Positions 38,950-50,968 of a stretch of DNA of 64,000 nucleotides are shown one piece after another. A program made the position numbers and the translations under genes. The stretch is from positions 65,472,001 to 65,536,000 of the forward strand of contig NC_043005.1 of assembly GCF_006345805.1 (NCBI RefSeq). The letters are read 5' to 3'. Numbering within the stretch: position 1 is the stretch's first letter; the number at the start of each line of letters is the position of its first letter. The notes under the pieces were generated by a model that was given only the letters and a program-made list of their open reading frames with translations, made no database searches and was not told the origin of the DNA. The stretch is from Octopus sinensis (Eukaryota).

Positions 38950-40705
38950 CACAGGGGAGCATTTTCGAAAACATTTTCAGTTGTCTAGCTTATAACAATT
39001 AATCCTACCTAATTTGATGAAACTACGTTCAGAAATGCCCCTAAACATTTTTTTATCACAAGTTTTTTTTGCTGAACAGGAATTCATATTCTACCAAAAG
39101 ATATCTATTTTGCCATTAAATACTTACTGAAGAAGATACAAACACAAACCGAAAAGTACATTTTATTGTTTAACTAATATAATACACAAAATGTTTAATT
39201 ATATATCTTGGGATTAATATTTCTGTCAAACTGGAATTTCAAATACTCAAGGAGTTAACTTCCTCTTTGCTGTTTTGCGTAAATAATTTGCACCACGACA
39301 GCCTCTTTGTAGAGACCAGCAATAGTCAGCCATCATATTTGTGTTCCACCTGCCTTGATACCTAGTCTCCATTGTCTCGATGTCTTGGTGGAATCTTTCT
39401 CCTTGCTCAGCAATCATTGCACTATGATTTTCAGGGTAGTAGTCCAGCTGAACTGTGCAGAAAATGCACTTTTACACTTATGTTGCAGTCCAGTGTTCGA
39501 AAACAAGTTAAAAGGGTCTGCACAAGTTCTTCATAATTAGATAACTTCCTCCTCCCAGAAAATCAGACACAACTGCAGCAAGAGCGTTCCATGCTTCTTT
39601 TCCAACGCCAAGTACGGTGTCCAAAAACTGCTCGTCCTGGAATAGTCATCTAATCTGTTGCCCGTCAAACACACTAGCTTTAGTTCTCTCACAAGACAAA
39701 GCTGGAAACTCTCTGCTTAAGTATTTGAAGCAGTCACTGTCTCAGCATTTCAACACAATTTTTATACAGTATGTGTGGTGCACAGGCTTTGTCTTGATCA
39801 CCCAGATACATGCCAAAGTAAGGTAAGATAAGTTTTTTTCTTCACAAACTCTGTGATTTTGTTTCGCTACCAAAGTAAAATGTATCATTCACAAATATGG
39901 CAGAAGACATCAGAGGTGATTTTGTATTTTCTCCTCTCACAGCTGACCATATTTCTGAAATACAAAGCATAATGTTGAAACCAGTTGTCAATTGGGGAAA
40001 GCATTTTCAGAATTGTCAACAGTTATAAAGTAAGCAACTACAGATTTGTGATGGTAAAGCTCCATCTAGAGCATACATACTATGAAGTTCTCTCTACAGT
40101 TCTTTGAAGTAACCCTTGATCCATGTGACCTCACAATTAAAACACTGAGGGTGCATTCAAAATACCAGCTTTGATAAGAAATAGTTAGAGTCAACAAAAC
40201 ATGTCTCACCTGATTAGCAACGAAAGTCAGACTAAATCAAACACTGCGTGAACATATCTGCAGACAAATTCCATAAATATGTGATATGTATGACACGAAG
40301 GACCACAGAACTGTGTTGTTGATTAACATCTAATTCTATAAGGGACATTTCTGTTATCATGACATTTAAAACTGGTTAGATTGACAATAGTGAAAGTGAT
40401 CAAGCTTTAGTCATGAAAATACTTCAGTCGGGACATTTGTTTTCACTTTTGTAATTGCATCTACTTTAAATGATATTGAAATTTATGTTTTAAAAGTTAT
40501 ATCAAGATCCATAAATGGATCGGTAGTTGATGAAACCAAATCTATCCTTAGAAATAGTGACAATAGTGGAAATGTTGAAACATGGACATTTGAGTTTGTA
40601 AAAAACCTTGACGTGGTAGAGCAAAATGAATTTCATTTTTAAAAGCAACGCCCCAAAATACTAGGAAATATGTCTCCAACACCAGACAAAAATTATGTCC
40701 CAGTG
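38950..40705 (-). mobile_element. Chapaev3-like (CMC) DNA transposon with internally deleted transposase at 39950-39240
   Basis: MVSCERRK..DVFCHICE; YFGMYLGDQDKACAPH; CFKYLSREFP..VFDGQQIR; ISVKVHFLHS; EQGERFHQDIETMETRYQGRWNTNMMADYCWSL. CAC-type ends at 38950 and 40705; boundaries uncertain. Confidence 0.65.
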
Positions 40706-40989
40706 TTATTGCTGTTTACTTTGAATTGTATTATTGATAGTACAAAAACTCTATCTTTTACACAGTTTCTATTAAAAAACGTAATATCTGTGATTGAAAT
40801 ATGTTTTAAATATTAAACGTTGAAATCTCTTGCTATTGCTTATTATAGAGTGAATGATACCATATAATCTTACTATTTTCTTACAGTTTTATATTAGTAT
40901 TATATTTATATCAGGAATTTTGATAATAAAATCAGTTTTAATGCATCATTGTAATAACGTATATCATTATTAGAGATAGCTTTCGAAGA

Positions 40990-41195
40990 GGCGAGCCGGC
41001 AGAATCGTTAGCACGTCAGGCAAATGCTTAGCGGCATTTCGTCCGTCTTTATATTCTGAGTTCAAATTCTGCCGACTTTGCCTTTCATCCTTTCGGAGTT
41101 GATAAATTAAGTATTAGTCAAGTACTGGGGTAGATGTGATTGACTATACCCCTCCCCACAAATTCCAGGTCTGGTAGTTATAGTAGAAAGGATTA
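40990..41195 (+). mobile_element. SINE family A with tail type B (a second minus-strand partial copy lies at 41360-41490)
   Basis: ggcgagccggcagaatcgttagc..gagttcaaattc..cccctccccacaaattccagg..tagtagaaaggattat. Confidence 0.85.
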
Positions 41196-42870
41196 TCAGA
41201 GATACCTTTGTCAGAATATATGCAAAATATTTCATAATTTTGACAAATATATTTTTCTTAAATTTCAGTTGACCATTATTATTCTTATCTATGTACGGTA
41301 ATTTTTTCATAGGGCTTTCTATAAGGGCACTATTTGTATGTTTCATTTGCATTAGTAATACCCTTTCTATTATATACACAAGGCCTGAAATTTTGGGGAA
41401 GGAGGCTAGTCGATTCCATCGACCCCACTGTTCAACCCCGAGGGGATGAAAGGCAAAGTCGACCTCAGCGAAATTTGAACTCTTAAGCGTTGACAATATC
41501 AAAGAGAAAGACGTTAACTTCATACTTCAAATTTTTCCTTTGCGCAAAAATTAAGTTTCAGATCTGTGTCTGATGGATATATCGATTGCTCTTATAATCT
41601 TTTAATGCCTTTCTGTTTTCCCCCCTTTCTTTGACGAGAGAGAGGGGGGGAGAGGTACGTTTTTATATTAGAAAAATCATGATGGCTACCAAGGAAAATA
41701 AAAAGTTTGATTTTAATGTCTTCCGTTTAGTGTTAAATATGAGACGTTTATTGAAACATATCGAAAGTTAGAGGTCACCATATGTAACTTACTCCGTATT
41801 GATTTTTTTTTTAAATCATGAAATGGCCAGGAAAGAAGTTATATGATTAGCAATTAGTGTTTATGTTTTTCTTTATTTTGACTATCAACAAAATATGTAA
41901 GAAGTGTAACAACATAAGAAATGACCTCTACCGAAAATCAAAACTGGGTCATGCCCTCTGCTCACCTGCATCTTACCTCTACTTTTTTCTCAAAGTGTAT
42001 TCTAGATTCCCGATTAGACTGAAAAAGAAAACAGCATTAAAATACTTGATTAATATCCTAATCACAACGCAGGAGCAATTGTTCCACATCTGGCAACAAC
42101 TACTCACTGATAATGTACTTTTCATTATCTCAAATAAACAATAACGTGGACAAAAAATAACTGAAAATTTCTTATATGTTCAGTGTCTTCACATGCATCT
42201 CTCGAGATGAGTATGACTAGTTAAACAATCGATTTCTAAATATCGATTTGTACCTAAATTGCTTGTAACCTTCCTTGTTGTTTGAACGACTGACACTGTT
42301 TCTTTGTCTGTTACCTTTTCATTTTCGATGCTTTCATTTGTTGAATTGTGGTAATAAGTGGTTTTTAGTGATCAAGATAAAACTTCTCTCTCCAGTCGAT
42401 ATCTATAACATATAGTCGTTTTAGGAAATGTTTCATTTTCTTTTTTTTTTTTTCTTTTTCGAGTAGTTCTGCTTATAAAACATCATAATCTTGTAAAGTT
42501 CAGAATATCAATTATATTTCTTGTTTCGTCTTCAAATATTGATGCAGGAAAGTATATTCACGCAATGAGACAATCAGCCTGTACACGAATGCACATATGA
42601 AACATTATCCCAAAACAGCTCACACGTATTTGAGACACTCATCTGAAAAATATAGATTTTCAAGTAAAGAGAATTTAAAGACGATGTGTAACAATCAGTG
42701 AAGTGGCAGGCAAAATGCCTTACAGTAGGTACAATCAGAATCCTAATAACACTAAAGTGTGTATCTCTTCATTTTTCCGAAGAAGATAAAAAAAAAGTAA
42801 CATGTTTTCTGGTATAAGTTTGGATGTAATCGGTTATACTCATCTCAAAAATATGTTACACAGTTACATA

Positions 42871-43041
42871 GGCGCATGAGTAGCTGTGTGGTAAGTAGCT
42901 TGCTAACCAACCACATGGTTGCGGGTTCAGTCCCACTGCGTGGCATCTTGGGCAAGTGTCTTCTGCTATAGCCCCGGGCCGACTAATGCCTTGTGAGTGG
43001 ATTTGGTAGACGGAAACTGAAAGAAGCCTGTCGTATATATG

Positions 43042-43078
<37 letters not shown>

Positions 43079-43286
43079 TTGTGTGTCTGTGTTTGTTCCC
43101 CTAGCATTGCTTGACAACCGATGCTGGTGTGTCTACGTCCCCGCCACTTAGCGGTTCGGCAAAAGAGACCGATAGAATAAGTACTGGGCTTACAAAGAAT
43201 AAGTTCCGGGGTCGATTTGATCGACTAAAGGCGGTGCTCCAGCATGGCCGCAGTCAAATGACTGAAACAAGTAAAAGAGTAAAGAG
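42871..43286 (+). mobile_element. SINE family B, full length
   Basis: tRNA-like head (tagctgtgtggtaag, gggttcagtccc), cttgggcaagtgtctt core, internal (TA)(TG)n, tail caagtaaaagagtaaagag. Confidence 0.9.
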
Positions 43287-43422
43287 TATATAAAAATTAA
43301 CAATAATTCTAACAATCTTGTTATTGTTTATTGCCGAAGCTGAAAATGTTTTAGAAACGCCAGGAGTTTGTGACTTTGTTTCTGTTTTTTGTTGATTATA
43401 TTTTTTTTATATTCCTTTGTAG

Positions 43423-43551
43423 ATTAGAATCGTTAGCCATTTCCATTACTTGTCCTATTGGGCAACATTTCAAAGAAATTTCAAGAAATTTCCGAAGCAG
43501 AAAATTTTCAACATGACGCCGTCTTTGTCGAGTAGCGAGCAAGACTGGAAG
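43423..43551 (+). CDS. Candidate internal coding exon (IRIVSHFHYLSYWATFQRNFKKFPKQKIFNMTPSLSSSEQDWK)
   Basis: Strong pyrimidine acceptor ttttttttatattcctttgtAG, AAG|GTGAGA donor, 129 nt, phase 0-0, open, not repeat-derived. Confidence 0.45.
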
Positions 43552-44024
43552 GTGAGAGGAGATTTTAAAGGTGAAACCGTCTTTTGCAGTCATCTCCTAT
43601 CAGATAATATCACAGAGGTTGTAGTAATTCAAAATAGTAGAAGCAGTATCAGTAGCAAAACAGCAGTAAAAACATTAGCTAAAGCAGTGGCATCTACAAC
43701 AACAACAACAACAACGGTAGCCATTACAAGAACAATATGGCAACTAAACAGGTTCGCAAAATCAACAAAATTGTGCATTAACACCATCACAACCACTACC
43801 ACAGTAAAACTTAATAATGGTTACGACAACAATGATACTAGCAACAGAAACAGCAGTAAAACCGAAAAAGGAAAATATTTATTTTGCCAGTCCAGGGGTG
43901 AATATATGTGGCACAAAATCCGGGAAAACCTGGCCTTATGAACTTGAGGCTCGGGAAGGACTTTTATTTTTTTTTTTTTTTTTCAGATCACTAGAAAAGT
44001 CAAATGCATATGAAAGAATAGTTA

Positions 44025-44423
44025 TCTTCTTTATAAATAAAAGTGAGGTTGTGTGCTGTCTGTCTCCTACGATTTAGATTCCTAACTACTCCCACATTTT
44101 GCGGTGCAGTTTAACCAAAAGCGGGTATCTTATAGTCGTGATTCATATCGAGCCCTTCTGGGTATTAGCGCGCGTCTACGATGAGTCTACGATTAAAAAA
44201 AAAATTTACCATAATTTTTTTCTCATTTTTAATGCATTTTGGCATATATAAGGGAAGTAACTCTCTAAAAATGTATTATTAAATCTCAGAACGTAAAAAG
44301 CTACAGTAACACCCCACCTTTGTGGTTAGCCATATTGAGATGGCTATTATACTTTACATCTCTAAAAATGCTTATATAGTTATTTCCCTTACAAACCCGG
44401 GCAACGCCGGGCGATACTGCTAG
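44025..44423 (+). mobile_element. Non-autonomous Helitron
   Basis: A|TC start, subterminal hairpin cccgg-gcaacg-ccggg (44396-44411), CTAG|T end, no TSD. Confidence 0.85.
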
Positions 44424-44653
44424 TAACTAATAAACTAACTAGTTATGCAATCCACTGTATATTAAGCAGAATGAATAAAGATATATTGGATGCAGATTAC
44501 ATTGAATAACTAACTGCAGGAGGCATCTTCCTGGGGTTTAAAATGATAATAATGTCGGTTCCTTTGGAACAGCCAAGTTGAAGTAACGATAAACATATAA
44601 AGACGCTATTAGATATATATCAATAAATGAAAGTTTAGAATTTTTGTCCGTAG

Positions 44654-44674
44654 AGTTTAGACAAAATTACTCGT
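44654..44674 (+). CDS. Candidate 21-nt micro-exon (SLDKITR)
   Basis: tttttgtccgtAG acceptor, GTGAGT donor, phase 0-0. Confidence 0.2.
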
Positions 44675-45148
44675 GTGAGTATATGTGGATTATATGCATA
44701 TTTATTCAGCAAGAAAGTAAGAGAGTTTCCATAGATGCAATCACATCGTAAATTTAATTATATTTACTTTGCGGTCCATAATAATATTCATAAGTTCGAG
44801 TAAACTTTATTTTCCGTAGTAATCCAGTTCCCATCTGTCATCAGAGTTTCAAGCGGTTCCTGTGTACATTAATAACCATACACACAGATTAGAGTTTAGT
44901 TTTAGTAGTAAGCCAACCCGAGCACTGATAGTATATACCTGTTACGTTACGTCATCAGACGTATATATCTGTATACACATACACACACATGTATATATAT
45001 GTGTATATATATATATATATATATAATATATATATATATGTACGTATGTATGTATGTATGTATGTATGTATGTATGTATGTATGTATCCAAAGATATATA
45101 TATATATAATAATACATAAACACATGTACATATATGTGTTTATAAATA

Positions 45149-46751
45149 CAGTTGCGGCCAAAATGTTCAGAACGGCATTGTTTTCGTCAGAAAAGTAGAT
45201 ATAATTTTTTATCAAAGTTGTTTTATATTCTATAATTTTCACAAACAATAAATACGATATTATTTGTTATTGTCTGAGATTTTGGTGTAATTTGAGAGGA
45301 CAATACGAAAGTTATGGATGATTTAGTGATTTACTGCAAAACCCATGGCAGCCAAAATGATCAGAACGGTTGCTTTTACTCTGTGTTTTGGTATATTTAA
45401 CCGGCGAACTCTAATGTTTTGAATTTGTTTACGTGACGGTTCGTTTACTAAACATTAGTAAGAATATCTGCAGTGTACTTTGTTAATATAATGCCACTTA
45501 CTCTTTTACCTATTCGTCAGCAGATTATTAAGCTTTGAAAGAAGGATAATTTAAGTATTGGGTCTATTGCAAAGATTGTTAACAAGTCAAAAAGTGTTGT
45601 TCACGGTATTCTTAAGGTCTACAATGATTGTGGTTCGTGTGAAGCTAGAAAGTCTACAGGTAGGCCAAGAAAAGCGACCAAGAGAGAAGATCATGCTATG
45701 GTAAAGTTGGTTAAAAAGGACAGATTTAAAACTGCTGCTGCTGTTTCAAGGGAAATGAGCATTGTACTGAAGAAAATTTTATCTCGAAAAACTGTGTCTC
45801 GTCGTTTAGTTGAACATGACCTACAAGCAAGAGCACCTGCAGTGAAGTCACTGATCAGCTCCAAGACTAAAAAGTGTTGTCTTACCTTTGCAACCGAACA
45901 TTGTTGTGGTCTCAAGAAAAATTGGAAACGTTGCATTTTAGTGATGAATCTAAGTTTATGTTATTTGGCTCAGATGGGAAAAGGTACGTTCGTCGAAAAG
46001 TACATTAGTAAGACTCGTATTCGGTGGAAGAAGTGTCATGGTTTGGGGGATGATATCTGGTGATGGTGTGGGCCCTTTGGTGCGATTACATGGTAAGGTA
46101 AATGCAGGAGTTTATAAATAACTTGTAAAAGATCATGTCTTGCCTGTGCTGAGAAATTCAACCAAGCGACCACCCATATTCATGCAGGACAATGCCCCAT
46201 GTCACAAGGCTAAGGTGGTCCTGAACTTCCTCAAGGCTGAAAAGGTTATTATTATGGATTGGCCTGCTCAAAGCCCAGATCTCAATCCTATTGAAAATGT
46301 GTGGAATATTCTAGGAGAACATTCGAAAGCCAAAAATCCTAAAACAACCGAGCAATTATGGGATGCCCTTCAGGAAGAATGGAATAAGATCACCAGCAAG
46401 AAATTGAAAATTTAATTTCCTCATGCAGTCAAAGATGTCAAAGTGTGATTGAAGCTAAAGGGCTTCACACTAAATATTAAATAATTCCTGTATTCTCTGT
46501 CATTTTTGATTATTTTGTTATTTTTTTCAACCGTTCTGATCATTTTGGCCGCCATGGATTTTGCAGCAAATCACTAAATTATCCATATCTTTTGTATTAT
46601 CCTCTCAAATTACACCAAAATCTCAGACAGTAACAATTAATATTGTATTTATTGTCTGTGAAAATTATAGAATATAAAACTATTTTGATAAAAACTTATA
46701 TCTACCTTTCTGACGAAAACAATGCCGTTCTGAACATTTTGGCCACAACTG
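45149..46751 (+). mobile_element. Full-length Tc1-family transposon (DD34E) with 224-bp IR/DR-type TIRs
   Basis: TA TSD at 45147-48 and 46752-53. TIRs 45149-45372 and 46528-46751, each with outer and inner gccaaaatg(t/a)tcagaacgg repeats. Confidence 0.95.
45491..46480 (+). pseudogene. Tc1 transposase pseudogene
   Basis: GRPRK motif, DES, QDNAPCH...SPDLNPIENVW with 34 residues from D to E. Contains stops and frameshifts. Confidence 0.9.
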
Positions 46752-46765
46752 TATGTATGTATATG

Positions 46766-47027
46766 TAGAGTTTCTACTACGCCTTTTCTACAGATCGAGC
46801 AGGGCTATCTATCTAAGGGATTTGTGGTTTGTCTGCCTTCCTATTTATTAAAACTTTGGTTTTTGCTAGGTTGACTCTAAGGCCCTTCGATTCTAATCCT
46901 TGTTTTCACATCTGAAACTTCTCTCGTTCTGATAGTGACGCAGCAATCAGAGCAAGGTCATCAGTATAGAGGAGCTCCTAGGGGCATCTTGTCTTGAATT
47001 CCTCTGTTATTGCTTGGAGGACTATGA
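46766..47027 (-). repeat. Inverted duplicate of RTE segment 48392-48654
   Basis: About 260-bp reverse-complement match that shares the same in-frame TAG and TGA stops. Confidence 0.9.
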
Positions 47028-47049
47028 GTCCCTTCCGAATATTTTGACT

Positions 47050-49973
47050 GAACTTGCTATACTACATTGCATCTAAAAATGTACATGGAGCCTATGGTTT
47101 TGGTTCCCGCATTGAGGAGGGAACCAGGCTGCTGGAGTTCTGCAATGCAAATGATCTTATGGTTTGCAATACTAACTTCAAGAGACCTGCCAGTCACCTA
47201 GTCACCTACCGTTCTGGTAGACACACTAGCCAAATTGACTAAATTCTTGCCAGAAAAAGGGAAAGATGGCTGCTTATAAATACCAAAACCTTCCCAAGCG
47301 AAGAATGTACCCCACAACATAGACTGGTAGTTAGTGACTTCCGGATCAGGGCTAAGTGGATGCCCAGAAGACGACCAGCATGGAGGAGAAGGGTCAGAAA
47401 ACTTAAAGATCCTGCGAATGGACAGAGATTTAGAGACATATTACTCGAAGCCTTCGATGAAATAGAAGGGGATATAGCTTCACACGATGTAGAAGACAAC
47501 TGGAGGTTCCTACGGGTCAACCTGCTGAGGGCCACTGACCAGATCTGTGGATGGTGCAAAGTCCCCTCTCGACCCAAAATAACGTGATGGTGGAACAATG
47601 CTGTTGACAGGGCTATTAGATAAGAGAAACAGGCTTGTAAGGACTGGAAGAACGGTGATAGCAGGGAATTGTATCAGACTGCCAGGAGAAAATATTTGCC
47701 AATGTTCTGCGCCATGAGAAGCAAAGACTTGAGATATTTCGTGTTGCAAGACAGTGTGTGAGAGAGGATTGTGATGTTGTAGGAGAGAAATGTGTCCACT
47801 TTCACTAAACGAGGCTGTAAAGAGAGAGGTTTGGAGACACCACTATGAAAGGTTGCTCAATAAAGAAAATGAATGTGAGAAAGAGAGTCTGCCGAATGAC
47901 AACGCAACAGAGATACCAGCTATCCGTGTTGACAGTACCTTGGTAGATAAAGCAATTAAGAGTATGAAGACAGAAAAAACTCCCGGCCCATCAGGATTCA
48001 CTGCAGAGATGCTCAAAATATCTGGCAGTGTCGGCTATAGCCTAGTCACCGTTCATGTATCCAGGTGATACATGAACGAGTCATACCCAATGACTTGTGT
48101 AGCAGCACTATAGTCAACTGCTACAAAGGTAAATGTGACGCTTTAGATACAAATAATTACAGAGGTATCAAGTTGTTGGATCAGGTAATGAAAGTCACGG
48201 AGAGGATTATAGCCCAACTAATTAGGATGGACAATGAGGAACCTTGTGGATAGATGAATGGTTAGTGAGAGCTGTGCAAGCCATGTACAGGAACACTGTC
48301 AGAAAGGTGAGGGTTGGCAACGAGCACAGTGAAGAATTCCGGGTAGAGGTGGGGATCCACCAAGGTTCAGTCCTCAGCCACCTCCTATTTATCATAGTCC
48401 TCCAAGCAATAACAGAGGAATTCAAGACAAGATGCCACTAGGAGGTCCTCTATACTGATGACCTTGTTCTGATTGCTGCGTCACTATCAGAACTAGAGAA
48501 GTTTCAGATGTGAAAACAAGGATTAGAATCAAAGGGCCTTAGAGTCAACCTAGCAAAAACCAAAGTTTTAATAAATAGGAAAGCAGACAAACCACAAATC
48601 CCTTAGATTGATAGCCCTGCTCGATATGTAGAAAAGGCGTAGGTAGAAACTCTAAAGATGTACCCAGTGTAAGAGGTGCAGCAACATCAAAGGAAGGCTA
48701 AATGGGAAGATAGTGTTTGTATGTGGCAGATGCTCAGGAGCAATAACACTGAAAATGTGCAGAGAACAACTTCCGCCACATTCCAGGTAGAAAAAACTAG
48801 AAATAGTTGATAGCTTCCGTTACCTAGGTGACCAAGTCAGTAGCGAGGAAGGTTGCGCTGAAACTGTAGCTGCTAGAATAAGAATAGCCTGGGCAAAGTT
48901 CAGAGAGCTCTTACCTCTGCTGGTGACAAAAGGCCTCTCGCCCAGAGTAAAATGTAGACTGTATGACGCATGTGTACGAATAGCCATGCTACATGGCAGT
49001 GAAACATGGGCTGTGACTGCTGAGGACATGCGTATGCTCGCAAGGAATGAAGCCAGTATGCTCCGATGGATGTGTAATATCAGTGTGCATACTCGACAGA
49101 GTGTAAGTACCTTGAGAGAAAAGTTTGACCTAAGAAGCATCAGTTGTGGTGTGCAAGAGAGACAACTGCGCTGGTATGGTCATGTGGTGAGAATGGAAGA
49201 GGATAGCTGTGTGAAGAAGTGCCACACACTCGCGGTTAAGGGAACCTGTGGAAGAGGTAGACCCAGAAAGACCTGGGATGAGGTGGTGAAGCACGACCTT
49301 CGAACATTAGGCCTCACCGCGGCAATGACTAGTGACCGAGACCTTTGGAAATATGCTGTGCTTGAGAAAACCCGGCAAGCCAAGTGAGACCATAACCTCG
49401 TGACCTATGCCAGGGGTGTAACCAGCCCACTTATGCGTACCTTTTCTTCATTGGACACTAAACTCTGCTTGCGAAAACCTGTTGAGGCAACTGAAATCGA
49501 AATCGAAATCAAATTAAATGACTGGCATCCGTGCTATTAAATGACTGGCATCCGAGCGTGATCGTTGCTAGAGCAGCTGACTGGCTTCCGTGCCGGTGGC
49601 ACGTAAAAAGCACCATTCGAGCGTGATCGTTACCAGCGTCACCTTACTGGCACGTGAAAAAACATTCGAGCGAGGTCGTTGCCAGTACTGCTGGACTCGC
49701 TCCTGTGCAGGTGGCACGTAAAAAGCACCATTTGAGCGTGGCCGTTGCCACTACCGCCTGACTGGCCCTCGTGCCGGTGGCACGTAAAAGCACCCACTGC
49801 ACTCTCGAATTGGTTGGCGTTAGGAAGGGCATCCAGCTGTAGAAACTCTGCCAGATCAGACTGGCACCTGGTGCAGCCATCTAGTTAGCCACTCCTCAGT
49901 CAATTCGTTCAACCCATGCTAGCATGAAAAGTGGACGTTAAACGATGATGATGGTGATGATAATGATGATGAT
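47050..49973 (+). mobile_element. RTE-clade LINE, 5'-truncated, decayed, with minisatellite 3' UTR and (GAT)n tail
   Basis: HGAYGFGSRIEEGTRLLEFC; NYRGIKLLDQVMKV; GIHQGSVLSHLLF; LYTDD; AMLHGSETW; LRWYGHV. Confidence 0.95.
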
Positions 49974-50577
49974 CTTATTCTCTTTATTCTCTCTACTATT
50001 TCTCTCAACTTTTGCTTGTTTATTGTATATTATCTAAGTATTTCATTCTGCTAGAGAGAAGTTAAAGTAATAGCTATATTGATAATGCTTTTTGATACAA
50101 GAATACAAATCAAAAAGTATCGTTTGCTTCCAGACAATCAGACTGCCTTTTCTTTAATGGCATGTCAGTTTTCGAGAATCGAGAATTCTTACGATTACCT
50201 AAGGGAACAAAATGAAATACTCCTAAGATCTTTTCATCTACTTTATTTATTTATTTATTTATTTATTTATTGACTGGTGCTCAGCAGTCAATCTGTATCT
50301 CTGCTTAAAGGAAGCGATCACAATGTTTTGTCGTCATCTGATATGTCTGTTGTTACTGACAGTTCAACATGGGCATGATGTGACAAGTGAAAACCAGTTC
50401 GGAGACAAAATTTAAGTTACAGAACTTTGTAGTGAGCAGTGTTAAACAATTTTATGCATGACGTTTTGTTTACGTGTGCATGGTTAGTTAGACGAGTTCT
50501 TGTTTGATCATTGACCAGTTAGAAATGTTAACGAACTTGTGACAGGCATATCTCTGCTATAAGAAAGTGGATGTGAT

Positions 50578-50968
50578 CGAATTCCAAGAAACCCTGCCAA
50601 AGCTGACGTTGGTGTTTGTTTGTTTGTTTGTTGAGCGAGGCAGTCTTCGTGGGAGAAGTCTGAAACGTGGTCCTTTGCTATTCGTAAGACCCGTAGAAGA
50701 GAAAGCAGGTCAACCCCCGACACCGAGAGCATCGGCGGATGGATGAATGCGCATCCAGGCTCAGCGGTTGCGTAGGAAGTCGGGGACAAGAAACAGGAAG
50801 AAAGAGTTTGAGAAAGTTGGAGCGAAAGAGTACAACAGGGGTCGCCACCCCCACCCCCTGCCGGAGCCTCGCAGAGCTTTAGGTGTTTTCGCTCAATAAA
50901 CACACACAACGCCCGGTCTGGGAATCGAAACCGCGAGTCCGCTGCCCTAACCACAAGGCCATTGCGCC
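50578..50968 (-). mobile_element. tRNA(Arg)-like SINE, 3' tail variant 1 (OR1/OR2-like)
   Basis: ggcgcaatggccttgtggttagggcagcggactcgcggtttcgattcccagaccgggcg head shared with 55331, different 3' half. Confidence 0.8.

Noticed and set aside
43552-43941. Continuation of ORF 43450-43941 as a 163-aa protein
   Set aside because: Low-complexity (ACA/AGC repeats) downstream of a strong donor site; likely intronic read-through.
47050-49390. G-to-A hypermutation of the RTE copy
   Set aside because: Several TGG-to-stop changes are visible, but without a consensus they cannot be distinguished from general AT-biased decay.
49505-49800. CRISPR-like or novel repeat-spacer array
   Set aside because: Intervening sequences are diverged copies of each other, not unique spacers. 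The array is part of a multi-copy RTE 3' UTR in animal DNA with no cas genes.
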